From: Pseudomonadota bacterium
GTDB lineage: Bacteria; Bdellovibrionota_B; Oligoflexia; Oligoflexales; RGVZ01
Reading direction: 5' to 3'
Assembly (NCBI GenBank): GCA_041178085.1
Contig: JBEGVZ010000006.1
Span: 19,115-83,114, forward strand
DNA length: 64,000 bases
A model generated the notes under the pieces. That model searched no databases. It was not told the origin of the DNA and saw only the letters and a list, made by a program, of their open reading frames with translations. Positions 8,313 to 18,624 of the stretch are shown in pieces (positions within the stretch are counted from its first letter, which is position 1; every line of letters starts with the position of its first letter). Made by a program: the position numbers and the translations under genes.

Positions 8313-10793
8313 TCATGACGGATCTTTTTTAATGCCGGGCGCCGGGTCACGCGTCAACGGCAAAAGCCAGCGGTAAACGGCGGCATTGCGCATGACGGCC
8401 TTGGCATATCCCTTGGTCTCCCCGTACGGGATCCCTTCAAGGAACAGGGTATCATCTTGGACGTCTCTCTGCTTGCGCCAAAGTGCAGCGGCATACTCAC
8501 CGGCGTTGTAAGCCGCTGCCATCAACATTTCCGAGGCTGCAAACCGGTCAGCCAGCTGATCCAAAAAGCGCGCCGACAGGCGGATACTGGTTGAGGGGTC
8601 CATGAGCATGGCCTCGATCGCATCCTCACTGGCAGGAGCCTGATCCCCCAGCAACTTGCGGGCGGTGGCAGGGGTGATCTGCATGTAACCAAAGGCCCTT
8701 GCTGCGCTGAGTGCATCCGATCTGAAACTGCTTTCCTGGCGGGCAATTCCGAGCATTAAAGTCAGGCGTTTTCCAGTCGGGGACGCACTGGCAAAGGTCT
8801 GGATCCGCGGAATCGGGTAGGCGATCAACAACTGCTCCGGGTATTTGGACCAGAATCCTGGTATCGCGTTGGCAAGAGCAGTCGTCATCTCGATGGCCCG
8901 TGCGAAATCCCCGCAAGAGTATGCGAGTCGAGATAAATAAAGGAAAACCGAGGGGTTACGGTCCGGGCGCGAGAGTTTTCCGGCAACGTCCGCAGCATCC
9001 CAAACAGCGCTTCGCGCCCAGCGGCCAAGCCCAGCTTTGACCAGCAACTCGGCTGTCCGCCGCGTCCGGTCGAAATCAGGCCCAAGTCCCTCCTGGTCAC
9101 TCGCTCCATCCGTCGCCCAGCCAATCCGGCGCAACCGTGACTTCAACTCACTCAATGACCCAAAGGACTGTTGCCAGGAATCCGCCGGTAGCAATCCGGC
9201 CATCGGAGCCGCAACCACCGAGTAAAAACTCAGTGGCTGTTCCTGTGTTAACGAGCGCAGGTAAAAATCACTTTCCGTCTTTTGCCCCATTTGCTCGTAG
9301 ACCCGCGCCATCCAGAACAAGGTGAACGCACGCAGGGAATCATTGCTGCTGTCGCCGCGTGAATCACCAAGGATCTGCTCAAGCCGACGCCTTGCCGATG
9401 CCATCTGGCCGGCGGCGAATTCATAAATCACTGCCTGGGATTGCAAGCGACGCTGCCAATCCCGGCTGATGGGCAAGGTTTGCAAACCATCCTCGGTCAG
9501 CAATACGGCCTGGTTCCAGTCCCGCCGCTCAAAGGCAACGCGGAATGCAAGAAAATGCAGGGCCTCACAGCGAAGGTTGGAAAGGTCGCGCCGGAAGTTC
9601 GCCTGGACGAACGCGGGATCGGAAAAACCGCGGGAAATTTTTTCGAGCGCATCGCGCGCAAGTGATTCTGCCCCTGCCAGATCACCCTCGAGGGACTTCT
9701 GCCGGGCAGCCCACAGCAAGTCGTCGATCTGACGCAGGGCGAAAGCGGCCGGATGCATGCCAAGCGCCGCCGCACTCAAGTTGCGAGCGTGCCAGGCAGA
9801 AACCAACACCTCGTAGTCGGGTCCCAGGGTCTCTCGTTCACCCAGAGCGCGCCGTGATTTGATCAACCTGCTAACTGCTTCGAGCCTGAGCGCAGCAACT
9901 TGTGCCGGACTCGACTCCGGTGAATCAAACTTGTCGTCAAGCCATGAAAGCAGTCCTGTCCAAGTGCCGACCGCAGCCTGAAAATGCTTGTCACACTCCT
10001 GCATCACGGCCGTCCAGTACTGGTCCCATGGAGCCTTGAGCTTCTTGCCCCAATCGTCCCACATGACAGACTGCGGTTGTCCACGTACAGCGCATGCTTG
10101 CTTGATCAAAGAAGCCATCAGGGGATCGTCCCGGTCACGACCGGCGTCTGCAGGAGGACTCGCGGCAGAAGCAGGGGTGCTACCCAGGTTGGCGGCCGGG
10201 TTCAGGACAATCTTTTCTGGATCGGCCGACTGGATGCGCCGGGCGAGCTCCGCCTCAACCAGAAGACCCTGCGTCAACAGGAAGGGGCTGTCCCGACCCC
10301 CGTCCAGAGCTTCGATCGCTTCGCGGGCAACCGCCACGGCATCGCTGCCCGGTTTGGCACTGCGGGCCAGAAAACGCACCCAGTGATCAAAAATCATGCG
10401 CGATAACCGGCCCTGGGATCCCGTTGAACGCAGCGCGGTGCGCCAGTGCATGCCTGCCGACTGGGGTGATCCCTCCATCTCGGCAATTTGCGCCTGCACC
10501 GCAGCGCGAACGGGCGCGATAAGAGTCTGATCGGGCGTCGCCTTTTCTCCCTGGCTGCCAGCAACCTTGCCGAGCGCAGCAAGTTGAGACTTCAGCTCCG
10601 CGACAAAGCGGGCAGGATCGCGGACCAGCGTCCGGTCGTGCAATTCGTCGCTCTCATCTTCGCCCCATTCATCGGGCACCAGCGGACCATTGGAAAGGTC
10701 CATCACCAGAGGCTCGGGCCGGTGGGCGCACGACTCCAGCAATGGCTTCATAGTCACCAGCAGTGACAACAGAATGAGTGAACGGCTGATCAT
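8313..10793 (-). CDS. Soluble lytic murein transglycosylase (Slt-like) with helical/TPR N-terminal region
   Basis: C-terminal IARQESSF, GYMQITPATA, AAYNAG, IPYGETKGY. Confidence 0.9.
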   Translation of the reverse strand: MISRSLILLSLLVTMKPLLESCAHRPEPLVMDLSNGPLVPDEWGEDESDELHDRTLVRDPARFVAELKSQLAALGKVAGSQGEKATPDQTLIAPVRAAVQAQIAEMEGSPQSAGMHWRTALRSTGSQGRLSRMIFDHWVRFLARSAKPGSDAVAVAREAIEALDGGRDSPFLLTQGLLVEAELARRIQSADPEKIVLNPAANLGSTPASAASPPADAGRDRDDPLMASLIKQACAVRGQPQSVMWDDWGKKLKAPWDQYWTAVMQECDKHFQAAVGTWTGLLSWLDDKFDSPESSPAQVAALRLEAVSRLIKSRRALGERETLGPDYEVLVSAWHARNLSAAALGMHPAAFALRQIDDLLWAARQKSLEGDLAGAESLARDALEKISRGFSDPAFVQANFRRDLSNLRCEALHFLAFRVAFERRDWNQAVLLTEDGLQTLPISRDWQRRLQSQAVIYEFAAGQMASARRRLEQILGDSRGDSSNDSLRAFTLFWMARVYEQMGQKTESDFYLRSLTQEQPLSFYSVVAAPMAGLLPADSWQQSFGSLSELKSRLRRIGWATDGASDQEGLGPDFDRTRRTAELLVKAGLGRWARSAVWDAADVAGKLSRPDRNPSVFLYLSRLAYSCGDFARAIEMTTALANAIPGFWSKYPEQLLIAYPIPRIQTFASASPTGKRLTLMLGIARQESSFRSDALSAARAFGYMQITPATARKLLGDQAPASEDAIEAMLMDPSTSIRLSARFLDQLADRFAASEMLMAAAYNAGEYAAALWRKQRDVQDDTLFLEGIPYGETKGYAKAVMRNAAVYRWLLPLTRDPAPGIKKDPS

Positions 10794-11935
10794 TTATCCA
10801 ATTTGGTCGGGTCGGAAGAAAGAGACAAGTCTTTTGCCAAAGAAAATGCCCTGGGCTTGCCTCCGATGATCGCCACCATCTGAGTCTGGCCCGACGGGCC
10901 GCTCAGCACAAAACGCGACGTTGCAGCCAGGCCTGGTCCGACAGGTAGCGGGATCTGGTAGCTGCTGCGCTGCCTTTGCATCAAGTCGTAGACTTCCAGT
11001 GTGCCGTCGCTGAACAAGTACGCGTGCGAGGACAAACCAACTGAAATCAAAGACAGTTTCCTTGGTGCTGCCACCGGAATTGTCTCCAGCGCCCGGAAGT
11101 CGCCGGAGTCGTGAAAACGGGCAACACTTGATCCGGTCCAGGCTAATACGCTGCCCTTACCCTGGGCGACGCCAAGAAGGGGCGACTGTGCCAGCCAAAC
11201 CTGTCGCGCGGCGGGTACCCGGGGAACGCCTGCGGCACCGCTCGCTTCGTCCTTTTTCGTCGGAGCGACAACGGGTGTGTTGCTGAGGGTCTGTCCCCGA
11301 GCCAGCCAGAGACTACGCGACATGGGTGACCAAAGAACCTTATCTGCCCCTTCGGCGGCGGACGGAAGCGGCAAGGATTGCAGGCGCTTGCCGTAACGAT
11401 CGAGATGGATCCAGTGACCTCTGGTCGTCCAGACAATGCGGTCCCCGAAGCCAAACAAACCGGTCGTAACGGGACGTTGCAAGCGTTCAGGCAACGGGTA
11501 GCGCAGGATACGCCCCGATTCCGGTTCAACTTCGAACAGACCATCGCCAGAAGCCACCAGCAAACCACCGGAAACTTCAACCAGGATCCGGTCCAGCCGG
11601 GGAGCGTCCTTGACTGGAGTGCGCCCTGAATTTTCTTGCGCATCAATCAGGCGATACCTGCGGACCGACTGGTCGCCAATGTTCCAACGCCAAAGCGATG
11701 TCCGCCCGGCGAGCCAAACTTCGCCAAACACCTGATTGCCCACCGTGGTATCACTGCGCACGGCCAGGTCGGAAAAAGGCTCATCCGCAGCAAGTTGATC
11801 TGCCTGGTAACGTGGCAGAAAAACTTCCGAAACTGAACTGGCGTGAGCAAGCCCGGAAAAGGTAAAGGTCGCGGCAACAGTTGCTGTTGCAACCAGAAAC
11901 CCTTTGCCGCCAAATCTGTTCAGTGCTGAAAGCAT
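10790..11935 (-). CDS. Secreted hypothetical protein, probable beta-propeller
   Basis: Signal peptide ending AHA; repeated short beta strands with W/G; overlaps both neighbours. Confidence 0.7.
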   Translation of the reverse strand: MLSALNRFGGKGFLVATATVAATFTFSGLAHASSVSEVFLPRYQADQLAADEPFSDLAVRSDTTVGNQVFGEVWLAGRTSLWRWNIGDQSVRRYRLIDAQENSGRTPVKDAPRLDRILVEVSGGLLVASGDGLFEVEPESGRILRYPLPERLQRPVTTGLFGFGDRIVWTTRGHWIHLDRYGKRLQSLPLPSAAEGADKVLWSPMSRSLWLARGQTLSNTPVVAPTKKDEASGAAGVPRVPAARQVWLAQSPLLGVAQGKGSVLAWTGSSVARFHDSGDFRALETIPVAAPRKLSLISVGLSSHAYLFSDGTLEVYDLMQRQRSSYQIPLPVGPGLAATSRFVLSGPSGQTQMVAIIGGKPRAFSLAKDLSLSSDPTKLDK

Positions 11936-13050
11936 TCCACGATTCTAGATAGTGCCAGCCCATCCGGCAAGCCACTCGTCTTAAGGTCAAGGTCCGCCTT
12001 GCCACAGGCGGCCAACGCACGGTCAAACGTGCTGCGAGGTATGCCCGATACATAGCGGACAAGATTGCGGACCACGGCTTGCGGAACATGCAGGCGACCA
12101 GCAAGTCCCGGGACATCCACCGACCCGCGACGTTCCAGCTCATCCTTGACGTGCAACGCGTTGCGGGCGTGCCGGGCAAGCACGCCGGTGACTGCAAGGG
12201 CGCTTTCGCCGCGGGCGATGAACTGGTGTAGCAATACCTCGACCTGGCCGTAACGCCGGTTGGTTAACAGCTCGTCCAACCTGAAGACTTCGTCCTCACG
12301 CAAGATGCCAACCACTGCGGCAACCTCTGCCGTGCCAATGTCGGGAATCTCCCGGCCATCTCCAACGTAAACCAGCGACAGCCGCCTGAGTTCATTATCG
12401 AGAAGGACTGCGTCGCGTCCACAGGATGCAAGAATCAAATGTTCCGCCTCTGGGGTCATGCGCATGCGCAGACGCCCGGCAACTGTCTGAATGAACGCCA
12501 GGAAATCCTGATTGGTGAGAGGCTCGGCAACGGCGATGACCTTGCCCCCAAGACGCGTCACCTGGCGTGAAAATTCCGCCGGCAAGGCCGCCTTTTGACA
12601 GGTCATGACAAGATGGTTCGACCACTGCGGGGAGGGCGGCATGGCTGCCAGTAACTTGCCGGTATCGCCCTTCTTTTCACAACGCCGCATTGCGACCAGT
12701 TGGGCATCGTCGAAAAGACCCTGGCTTGAAACCAGGTCGAGCAGTTCATCCGCAGATGTGCTGTCCGCATCAACAGCGTTGACGCTATCTGCGCCGCGAG
12801 TACGACGCCAGACATCCATCAAGGCACCCAGCGCCCTTGCCAAAAAATAATCCGAGTCCCCGTGCAGGATCATGAGTTGCGGCCAGGATTCTTTTGCACT
12901 TCCAGACACCTCTGAAGAGGACGTTCCGGTTGCATTTCCAGCAAGTTCTCGCAGCAAGGCAGCAAATTCACGCCGGAAAGCTTGATAGTCAGGCTTCGGC
13001 GCTCCTGCGCGTTCCCGGGTTTTTCCAGATTTTCCGTTGCCAGCTGCCAC
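11920..13050 (-). CDS. holA: DNA polymerase III delta subunit
   Basis: ILHGDSDYF, SQGLFDD, LDNELRRL, VFRLDE, ADLDLKTSG; start uncertain (GTG 13050 chosen; ORF open to 13140). Confidence 0.8.
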   Translation of the reverse strand: MAAGNGKSGKTRERAGAPKPDYQAFRREFAALLRELAGNATGTSSSEVSGSAKESWPQLMILHGDSDYFLARALGALMDVWRRTRGADSVNAVDADSTSADELLDLVSSQGLFDDAQLVAMRRCEKKGDTGKLLAAMPPSPQWSNHLVMTCQKAALPAEFSRQVTRLGGKVIAVAEPLTNQDFLAFIQTVAGRLRMRMTPEAEHLILASCGRDAVLLDNELRRLSLVYVGDGREIPDIGTAEVAAVVGILREDEVFRLDELLTNRRYGQVEVLLHQFIARGESALAVTGVLARHARNALHVKDELERRGSVDVPGLAGRLHVPQAVVRNLVRYVSGIPRSTFDRALAACGKADLDLKTSGLPDGLALSRIVECFQH

Positions 13051-13112
13051 TTGGCCCACCCAATGCCGTGTCGAAATTCTTTTCTGGGAGCAATCTGCAA
13101 CCTTGGCGCCGA

Positions 13113-14735
13113 CTAATCGAGAGAAATCCGCACACCCCATGATTTTTCCAGGGCAGGAATTTCCTTGGCCGCCTTTTGCAAATCAAGCTTCAGGATCTGT
13201 CCGGCGCCCCGCTTTCCAGCTGTAACTACCGATATTTGCAACTGTCCCTTGCGCCGCCTGACCACGACGTCCTTGACCCTGCCCCGACGGGTCCGGTTGA
13301 GCGCTGCCGACAGGCGAGCGATCCCTGACAAGACGCGCATCGCCTGCCACTCATCAGGCGCCAGGTCCGTGTCGAGTCCCGGGTCCGGGTGAAGTGGCGG
13401 GACTGACTTGCGGTGGTAGCGGGCAATCAGTCCGATGAAACACAACTCATCGCGCGTGAAACCAAGCATCCGGCTATTGGTGACCAGATACTGGGAGTGC
13501 CGGTGAAACGCTTGGGGGCTGATAAAACGGCCGGATTCGAGGACCGACATCCCGTAGCCCAACAAGTCCCTCAAGTGCCGGCGGTCCTCTGCGGAAAAAT
13601 GCCCGAGCATGTGGGATGCGCACTGGTCAAAAATACGCAATGCCAGACGGTTGAGGTTCCGCACCTGAAAAGGCTCCACCGCAAAGCGTTCGGCGAACGC
13701 CTGCACGCTCTCGGCACGGGTGTCTCCGCCGGGCATCTGGCGACCGGGTTCCAGTCGCCGCCACGTGTCGATGACAATTCCTTCCCGCAAACCCCACGTC
13801 GAAATCCACCACTGGGCGACCCCGAAACCGCGGCTCATGGCCAGCAAAAGCTCCGCACCGGCCAGGATGATTTCTGAGCGGGAGCCATCAAGGCCTGTCT
13901 CTGTGCGGATCTTCTGAGGGTCGCGCATGCGCCGCAACCCGGACGTGACGTGTTCAAGGTCCGGGACGCGCAGGATCTGGCCATTCAGGTCTCCGCCGCT
14001 CCTGACCCGCATGGTCCTGGGGTTGATCGACGCGAGCGCCTTCGCAGTTCCCGATGAGGCCACAGCCACCTTGAACCTCTGCCCGGCTCCTTCAACCAGC
14101 GCGGCATCGACACGCAGGGCAATGTCCTCGCGCAGTTTTTCCAGGTCAGCAGCAGACGGTTTCCTGAGCAAGTCATGTTGCACTGCGAGTGTCACCGCCC
14201 CCAACTTGAGCGACGAAACATGAGAGATGCGGTCATCGCGCCCGAAGAGGATTTCTGTGCTGCCACCCCCGATGTCCAGGGCAAGGACTGGCCTGCGCTC
14301 AAGGGGCAGGCCCTGGCGCATGCCGAGAAACACAAGGCGCGCTTCCTCGTGGCCATCAATGACCTCGATCCTGATCCCGGTCGCCTTGAACACCGCCTCG
14401 ATTAGCTCCGCATGATTGGCGGACTCCCGGACAGCGTGGGTGGCGATGGCGCGAATGTGACAGGGCCAAGCCGCGCAGATTTCAAGCATCTGCTTCATCG
14501 TGGCGACCGTCTTGCGGATCCCGTCGCGGTCGATCTCACCGCGGGCATTGACATGCTGGCCAAGGCGCACCGTCACCTTGTCGGTGTCCAGAATCTTGAC
14601 GTGGCCCCGGGAATTGACCGCAGCAACCACCAGATGGATCGAGTTCGTCCCGATATCAAAGGCGGCGATGATGTGCCCACCAGGACCCAGTTGTTGCTTC
14701 TCATTGGCTGCAGCCTGGCTTAAAGTAGCCGTCAT
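13113..14735 (-). CDS. ppx: Ppx/GppA family exopolyphosphatase
   Basis: AFDIGTNSIHL, IATHAVRE, IDGHEEARL, DIGGGSTE, GLREG, HD-like C-terminal region. Confidence 0.92.
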   Translation of the reverse strand: MTATLSQAAANEKQQLGPGGHIIAAFDIGTNSIHLVVAAVNSRGHVKILDTDKVTVRLGQHVNARGEIDRDGIRKTVATMKQMLEICAAWPCHIRAIATHAVRESANHAELIEAVFKATGIRIEVIDGHEEARLVFLGMRQGLPLERRPVLALDIGGGSTEILFGRDDRISHVSSLKLGAVTLAVQHDLLRKPSAADLEKLREDIALRVDAALVEGAGQRFKVAVASSGTAKALASINPRTMRVRSGGDLNGQILRVPDLEHVTSGLRRMRDPQKIRTETGLDGSRSEIILAGAELLLAMSRGFGVAQWWISTWGLREGIVIDTWRRLEPGRQMPGGDTRAESVQAFAERFAVEPFQVRNLNRLALRIFDQCASHMLGHFSAEDRRHLRDLLGYGMSVLESGRFISPQAFHRHSQYLVTNSRMLGFTRDELCFIGLIARYHRKSVPPLHPDPGLDTDLAPDEWQAMRVLSGIARLSAALNRTRRGRVKDVVVRRRKGQLQISVVTAGKRGAGQILKLDLQKAAKEIPALEKSWGVRISLD

Positions 14736-16101
14736 GAAAAATTCCCTGAAAAAGTCCAGATCCTTGCTGTGCCTGACCGCCCTTGGCGCAATGACCATTG
14801 TGGCATCCTGCGGCGGCGAATCAAAGAAACAACCCACTTCCGCGTCGACTGGTCCTGCGGGACGCCAGTTCAGCAGCGACCTGAAATACTACGATGGTCG
14901 TCCCACTTTGTCGCTTGATGGGCTGAAGATGGTCTTCGAATCGGGGCGGACCGGAAACGGAGTGCGGATTTTTAAAGCCGGACTTCCATCCGACCCGTCC
15001 CCGGACACCGCGGCGCCTGACGCGCCATCGCGCCTGACCGGCGATGATTCCCTGGCCTCGGAAACCAACCCGGTGGTCTCCGCAGACGGCGCGCGCGTCG
15101 CCCTCATCGGGACCGACGCCTCTGGTAACCGCAGCGCCTGGTCGGTGCCATGGGCAGGTGGAGCTGCCACGATGTTGTCGGTATCCGGAGAACAAGTCTT
15201 CGACCTGGGATTCAGTCCGGATTCCGCACTTTTCGCTTACGGGTCAATCCTTGCTTCAGGCGCAACCGCAGTGACCGTGGTCGACACGGCGAACCCGCAG
15301 ACGCGGGGCACACTCACAACTGGAGCGCGGAAAGTCGGAGGGCTACGCTGGCTTGCCACCGGCGCGGGCTACAAACTTGCAACGATCAGCCTGTCCGGAG
15401 CGACAGGTGTTTCCGTGACAAACATCGAGACCTGGACGTTCAACAATGTCGCAGGTGTCGCCGCAGCTGCCGCAACCACACTGACCGGGAAGGCGACGGT
15501 TGCAGCGCAGGACGATCTCTCCGCGTGGCTTACACAAGATGCCAACAAAATCATCACAGTCCAATCACTGACACCATCGGCGGACCGCTCGGTGGGGGAA
15601 ATCGGGCCGGGAGCCCTCAGCGAACGGAAAATATTTGCCAGACAGGAGCTTCTCTTCCTCGATCCTGGAACCGGGGCCGAGTCTGTTGGCGACAACCCGC
15701 AGGGCGATGTGATTCTCGGGGTTTCAGCCTCGCAGAATCTGACTTTGGTCGCGGTCAACGAAACCACGCGCTGTCTGGCCGGGGGCCTTTCCAGTCGGGC
15801 ATCCATTCTGAAAGTTTCGGCAACCCCGGCAACAGCATCGAGCTTTGAACGCCTGGTGGTACGCAAAACATCGACCGGGAAAACCTTTGATCTGGTCAGC
15901 GACCCATGTGATGTGACCCTTGTCACCGAAGGAGCCGCATTGGACCTTGCCGCGGGCGAAGCCGTGATCAGTGGCGGCGCCATCACCGGCAACCTCACCG
16001 TTGCCTATGTCTCTGTGATAACAGGGGATCCGGAAGTGCTGGTTATACGCAGGGGCTCGGGCAGCACGAAAGTGTGGGATGTATCTGCCAACAGCCTTTA
16101 A
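14734..16101 (+). CDS. Lipoprotein with TolB-like/PD40 beta-propeller
   Basis: Signal MKNSLKKSRSLLCLTALGAMTIVASC; repeats PTLSLDG-KMVFES, PVVSADG-RVA, FSPDS. Confidence 0.75.
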   Translation: MKNSLKKSRSLLCLTALGAMTIVASCGGESKKQPTSASTGPAGRQFSSDLKYYDGRPTLSLDGLKMVFESGRTGNGVRIFKAGLPSDPSPDTAAPDAPSRLTGDDSLASETNPVVSADGARVALIGTDASGNRSAWSVPWAGGAATMLSVSGEQVFDLGFSPDSALFAYGSILASGATAVTVVDTANPQTRGTLTTGARKVGGLRWLATGAGYKLATISLSGATGVSVTNIETWTFNNVAGVAAAAATTLTGKATVAAQDDLSAWLTQDANKIITVQSLTPSADRSVGEIGPGALSERKIFARQELLFLDPGTGAESVGDNPQGDVILGVSASQNLTLVAVNETTRCLAGGLSSRASILKVSATPATASSFERLVVRKTSTGKTFDLVSDPCDVTLVTEGAALDLAAGEAVISGGAITGNLTVAYVSVITGDPEVLVIRRGSGSTKVWDVSANSL

Positions 16102-17135
16102 GTACGACCGGCCAACACCTGCCGTGCCAGGCTGATGTCTGTCGCAATCTGGGCTTTCAGTTCGTCTAATGAGCCGAATTTGATCTCATCACGCAGGCGG
16201 GCGGAAAAGTAAATCCGCGCAGCCCGGCCGTAAAGGGAATCGAGCGGGATTTCCTGATCGAGGACATGCGCCTCAATCGAAAGAGCCGACTTCCCGGATT
16301 GTTCCACGGTGGGACGAAAACCAACATTGACCACGCACGGCATGGCCGCGGCATCAACCGCAAGCAATGAAGGTTTGAAGCCTGCATCACGGCGAACGAA
16401 AAAACCCGCATAAACACCTGGGCGCGGCAACACCTGGGCGAGCGGCTTGAGGTTGGCTGTGGGCACCCCGATGCGCCGGCCGTTCCGGGCCCCGGAAACG
16501 ATCTCGCCATCCAGCGCAAATTCCCGGCCAAGCAGGTTTTTCGCCAGCTGGACATTGCCTGAAAGGGAGATTTCACGACGGATCGTGCTGCTGCTGGCGC
16601 GGACCCCGTGGCAAGTCACCGCCTCGACGCGCAAGAATTTGATGCTTGCCGAAGCGCATTGCCGGGCCAGCCAGCTGGCATCTCCACTACGACCAGCCCC
16701 GAAACGAAAATCATCACCCACGACAACACCGGCGCAACCCGTAGCACGAATCAAGTCAAAGAAACGATCCGGCGGCAACTCACTGAATTCGCGATCAAAT
16801 GTCTGAACCACAAAGTGATCGACGCCGAGCTCTGCCATCGCCTCAGCCTTCTGCTCTTCGGTAAACAGCGAAGCAAGATCGCTGTCATTTCCGGACCTTT
16901 TAAAAAATACTGCCGGTCTGGGAGAAAAAGTCAGGCAAGCGACCTCTGCGCCGCCTGCACCATCCAACAGACCCCTCGCTGCCGTGACGAGAGCCTGATG
17001 GCCAAGATGACAACCGTCGAAATTACCTATGGTTATCACCAATGGGCGGTGCGTGGCCGCTTCAGTGCTGCCGCGCGCGATGGAATTGATGGACCGGTAG
17101 ATCTGCAAGTCTGGCTTCCGGATTTGCACGCGCAC
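16098..17135 (-). CDS. ribF: Bifunctional riboflavin kinase/FAD synthetase
   Basis: TIGNFDGCHLGHQ, VGDDFRFG, SSSTIR, GVPTAN, NVGFRPT, IEAHVLD, LRDEIKF. Confidence 0.95.
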   Translation of the reverse strand: MRVQIRKPDLQIYRSINSIARGSTEAATHRPLVITIGNFDGCHLGHQALVTAARGLLDGAGGAEVACLTFSPRPAVFFKRSGNDSDLASLFTEEQKAEAMAELGVDHFVVQTFDREFSELPPDRFFDLIRATGCAGVVVGDDFRFGAGRSGDASWLARQCASASIKFLRVEAVTCHGVRASSSTIRREISLSGNVQLAKNLLGREFALDGEIVSGARNGRRIGVPTANLKPLAQVLPRPGVYAGFFVRRDAGFKPSLLAVDAAAMPCVVNVGFRPTVEQSGKSALSIEAHVLDQEIPLDSLYGRAARIYFSARLRDEIKFGSLDELKAQIATDISLARQVLAGRT

Positions 17136-17170
17136 TTGAGCGCGCGGCGCACTTTCAACTAGGCAATTTC

Positions 17171-17794
17171 ATGAATTATGTTAAACACCCCGTCATGAAC
17201 GGGCTCATCTCCATTACAGGCGCATCCACCGGCTTGGCAAGTCGCTTGAGCGTTTCTGCGTTCGCCCCTGCCTTGACGGCGCTGGGAGCTGAAGGGGTTT
17301 TGAGCTTGTCCGCCCAGTCAACCACCGACCGGGTGCTCGACCTGGCCACAGAATTAGCCATTTATGCGGCCGCATTGTTCGTGATTTCAATCGTTTCGCT
17401 GAGCCTGTGGTCGACATTGACCTCCCCAAGGACAGCCATTGGGCGACTGCTCACCAGTTTCCGCATCGATCACCTGTACATGGACGTTGGCCTGTTCTGG
17501 AACCAGCGCGCTGGCAATGCAGGCAAGGCATTCCTGCGAACACTTAGCCCGCGCCGCGCCGTGATTGTTGCCAATAATGTCCCTGCAAACATGCCGCCTG
17601 TTTCAGGTCAGCAAGCAGAAATCTCGCTGCCCGGTTTTGCCGCACCCTTGGCCGGAAGAATCGTCCGCGCGACCCCGGTGAGCGACCTTGCCGGAACATT
17701 CACCGTAGAGATTGCTTTCGATCAGATGGGCAGCGAGACAAAAGCCGACCTGATTTCCTTCATCAGTGACCTCAGGCGTCCGCTCAGGGCATGA
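17171..17794 (+). CDS. Membrane protein with C-terminal PilZ-like beta-barrel
   Basis: One TM helix; C-terminus LAGRIVR...VEIAFDQM....ADLISFI resembles PilZ; RxxxR and DxSxxG motifs degenerate. Confidence 0.55.
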   Translation: MNYVKHPVMNGLISITGASTGLASRLSVSAFAPALTALGAEGVLSLSAQSTTDRVLDLATELAIYAAALFVISIVSLSLWSTLTSPRTAIGRLLTSFRIDHLYMDVGLFWNQRAGNAGKAFLRTLSPRRAVIVANNVPANMPPVSGQQAEISLPGFAAPLAGRIVRATPVSDLAGTFTVEIAFDQMGSETKADLISFISDLRRPLRA

Positions 17795-18624
17795 GCGTCA
17801 ATCGCATCATGCAACTTGGCTTGATCGGCCGCGGAATCCACTACAGCCTGTCCCCGGTAATTCACCAGACCGCAGCGCGATGGATCGGTATCGAGGCTTC
17901 CTACCAGCTCCATGACCTCAACTCCGCCGATGAAGTCAGGCGCTTTCTGAGATTGGCCTGGGAAGATGGCGCATGCGGATTCAATGTCACGCAGCCGTGG
18001 AAACTCCTGTTCGGCAGTGTGCCGGTGAACACGCTTTACAGGGCACCACACATCAACTCGTGGTCCACCACTTCGACCGATGGCGAAGGTTTCCTCAAAG
18101 GCTTGTCAAAGATCGGGTGCGTCCCGGCGTCAATCCGGCGCATGATTTTTCTTGGCGCCGGTGCCGTCGTGTCTTCTATTGTTGACGCCGTATCCAGGGA
18201 ATGTGACGTGGCACCGGAAGTCCATTGCCTGCACCGAAACGCACCGGGCACTGCGCAGGAGCGATCCACCTGGCACTCCCACGGATGGAACCCATCCGCG
18301 CTAGCAAGGCTTCTGGCAGAACACTGCCCGGGGACAATCTTGATTCAGGCGACACCTCTGCCACTTCTCGGTGATCCCATGGCCGGGTTTGCTGACACAA
18401 TTGCAAAGCACAGGCAATCGGGCCAACTTTGGGTCGTCGACCTTTGCTATGGCAAACACTCACTTATGGTCGATATGGCGGCAGGGGAAGGTATTCCGGC
18501 ACAAGATGGACTGCCGATGCTGATAGAACAAGCGCGCTCTGCCCAGGAAATCTGGTGGGGCAAGAGCGCGCCTTACGAAACTCTCGAAGAAGCTTGTCTT
18601 ACATCTCTACGTCAACGTGGATAA
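17791..18624 (+). CDS. aroE: Shikimate dehydrogenase family protein
   Basis: IHYSLSPVIH, GFNVTQPWK, VNTL, TDGEGF, DGLPMLIEQA. Confidence 0.85.
   Translation: MSVNRIMQLGLIGRGIHYSLSPVIHQTAARWIGIEASYQLHDLNSADEVRRFLRLAWEDGACGFNVTQPWKLLFGSVPVNTLYRAPHINSWSTTSTDGEGFLKGLSKIGCVPASIRRMIFLGAGAVVSSIVDAVSRECDVAPEVHCLHRNAPGTAQERSTWHSHGWNPSALARLLAEHCPGTILIQATPLPLLGDPMAGFADTIAKHRQSGQLWVVDLCYGKHSLMVDMAAGEGIPAQDGLPMLIEQARSAQEIWWGKSAPYETLEEACLTSLRQRG

Noticed and set aside
14500..14837. Longer upstream starts for ppx (14837) and the lipoprotein (14500)
   Set aside because: They would bury the lipoprotein signal and extend into the opposite gene's conserved coding region
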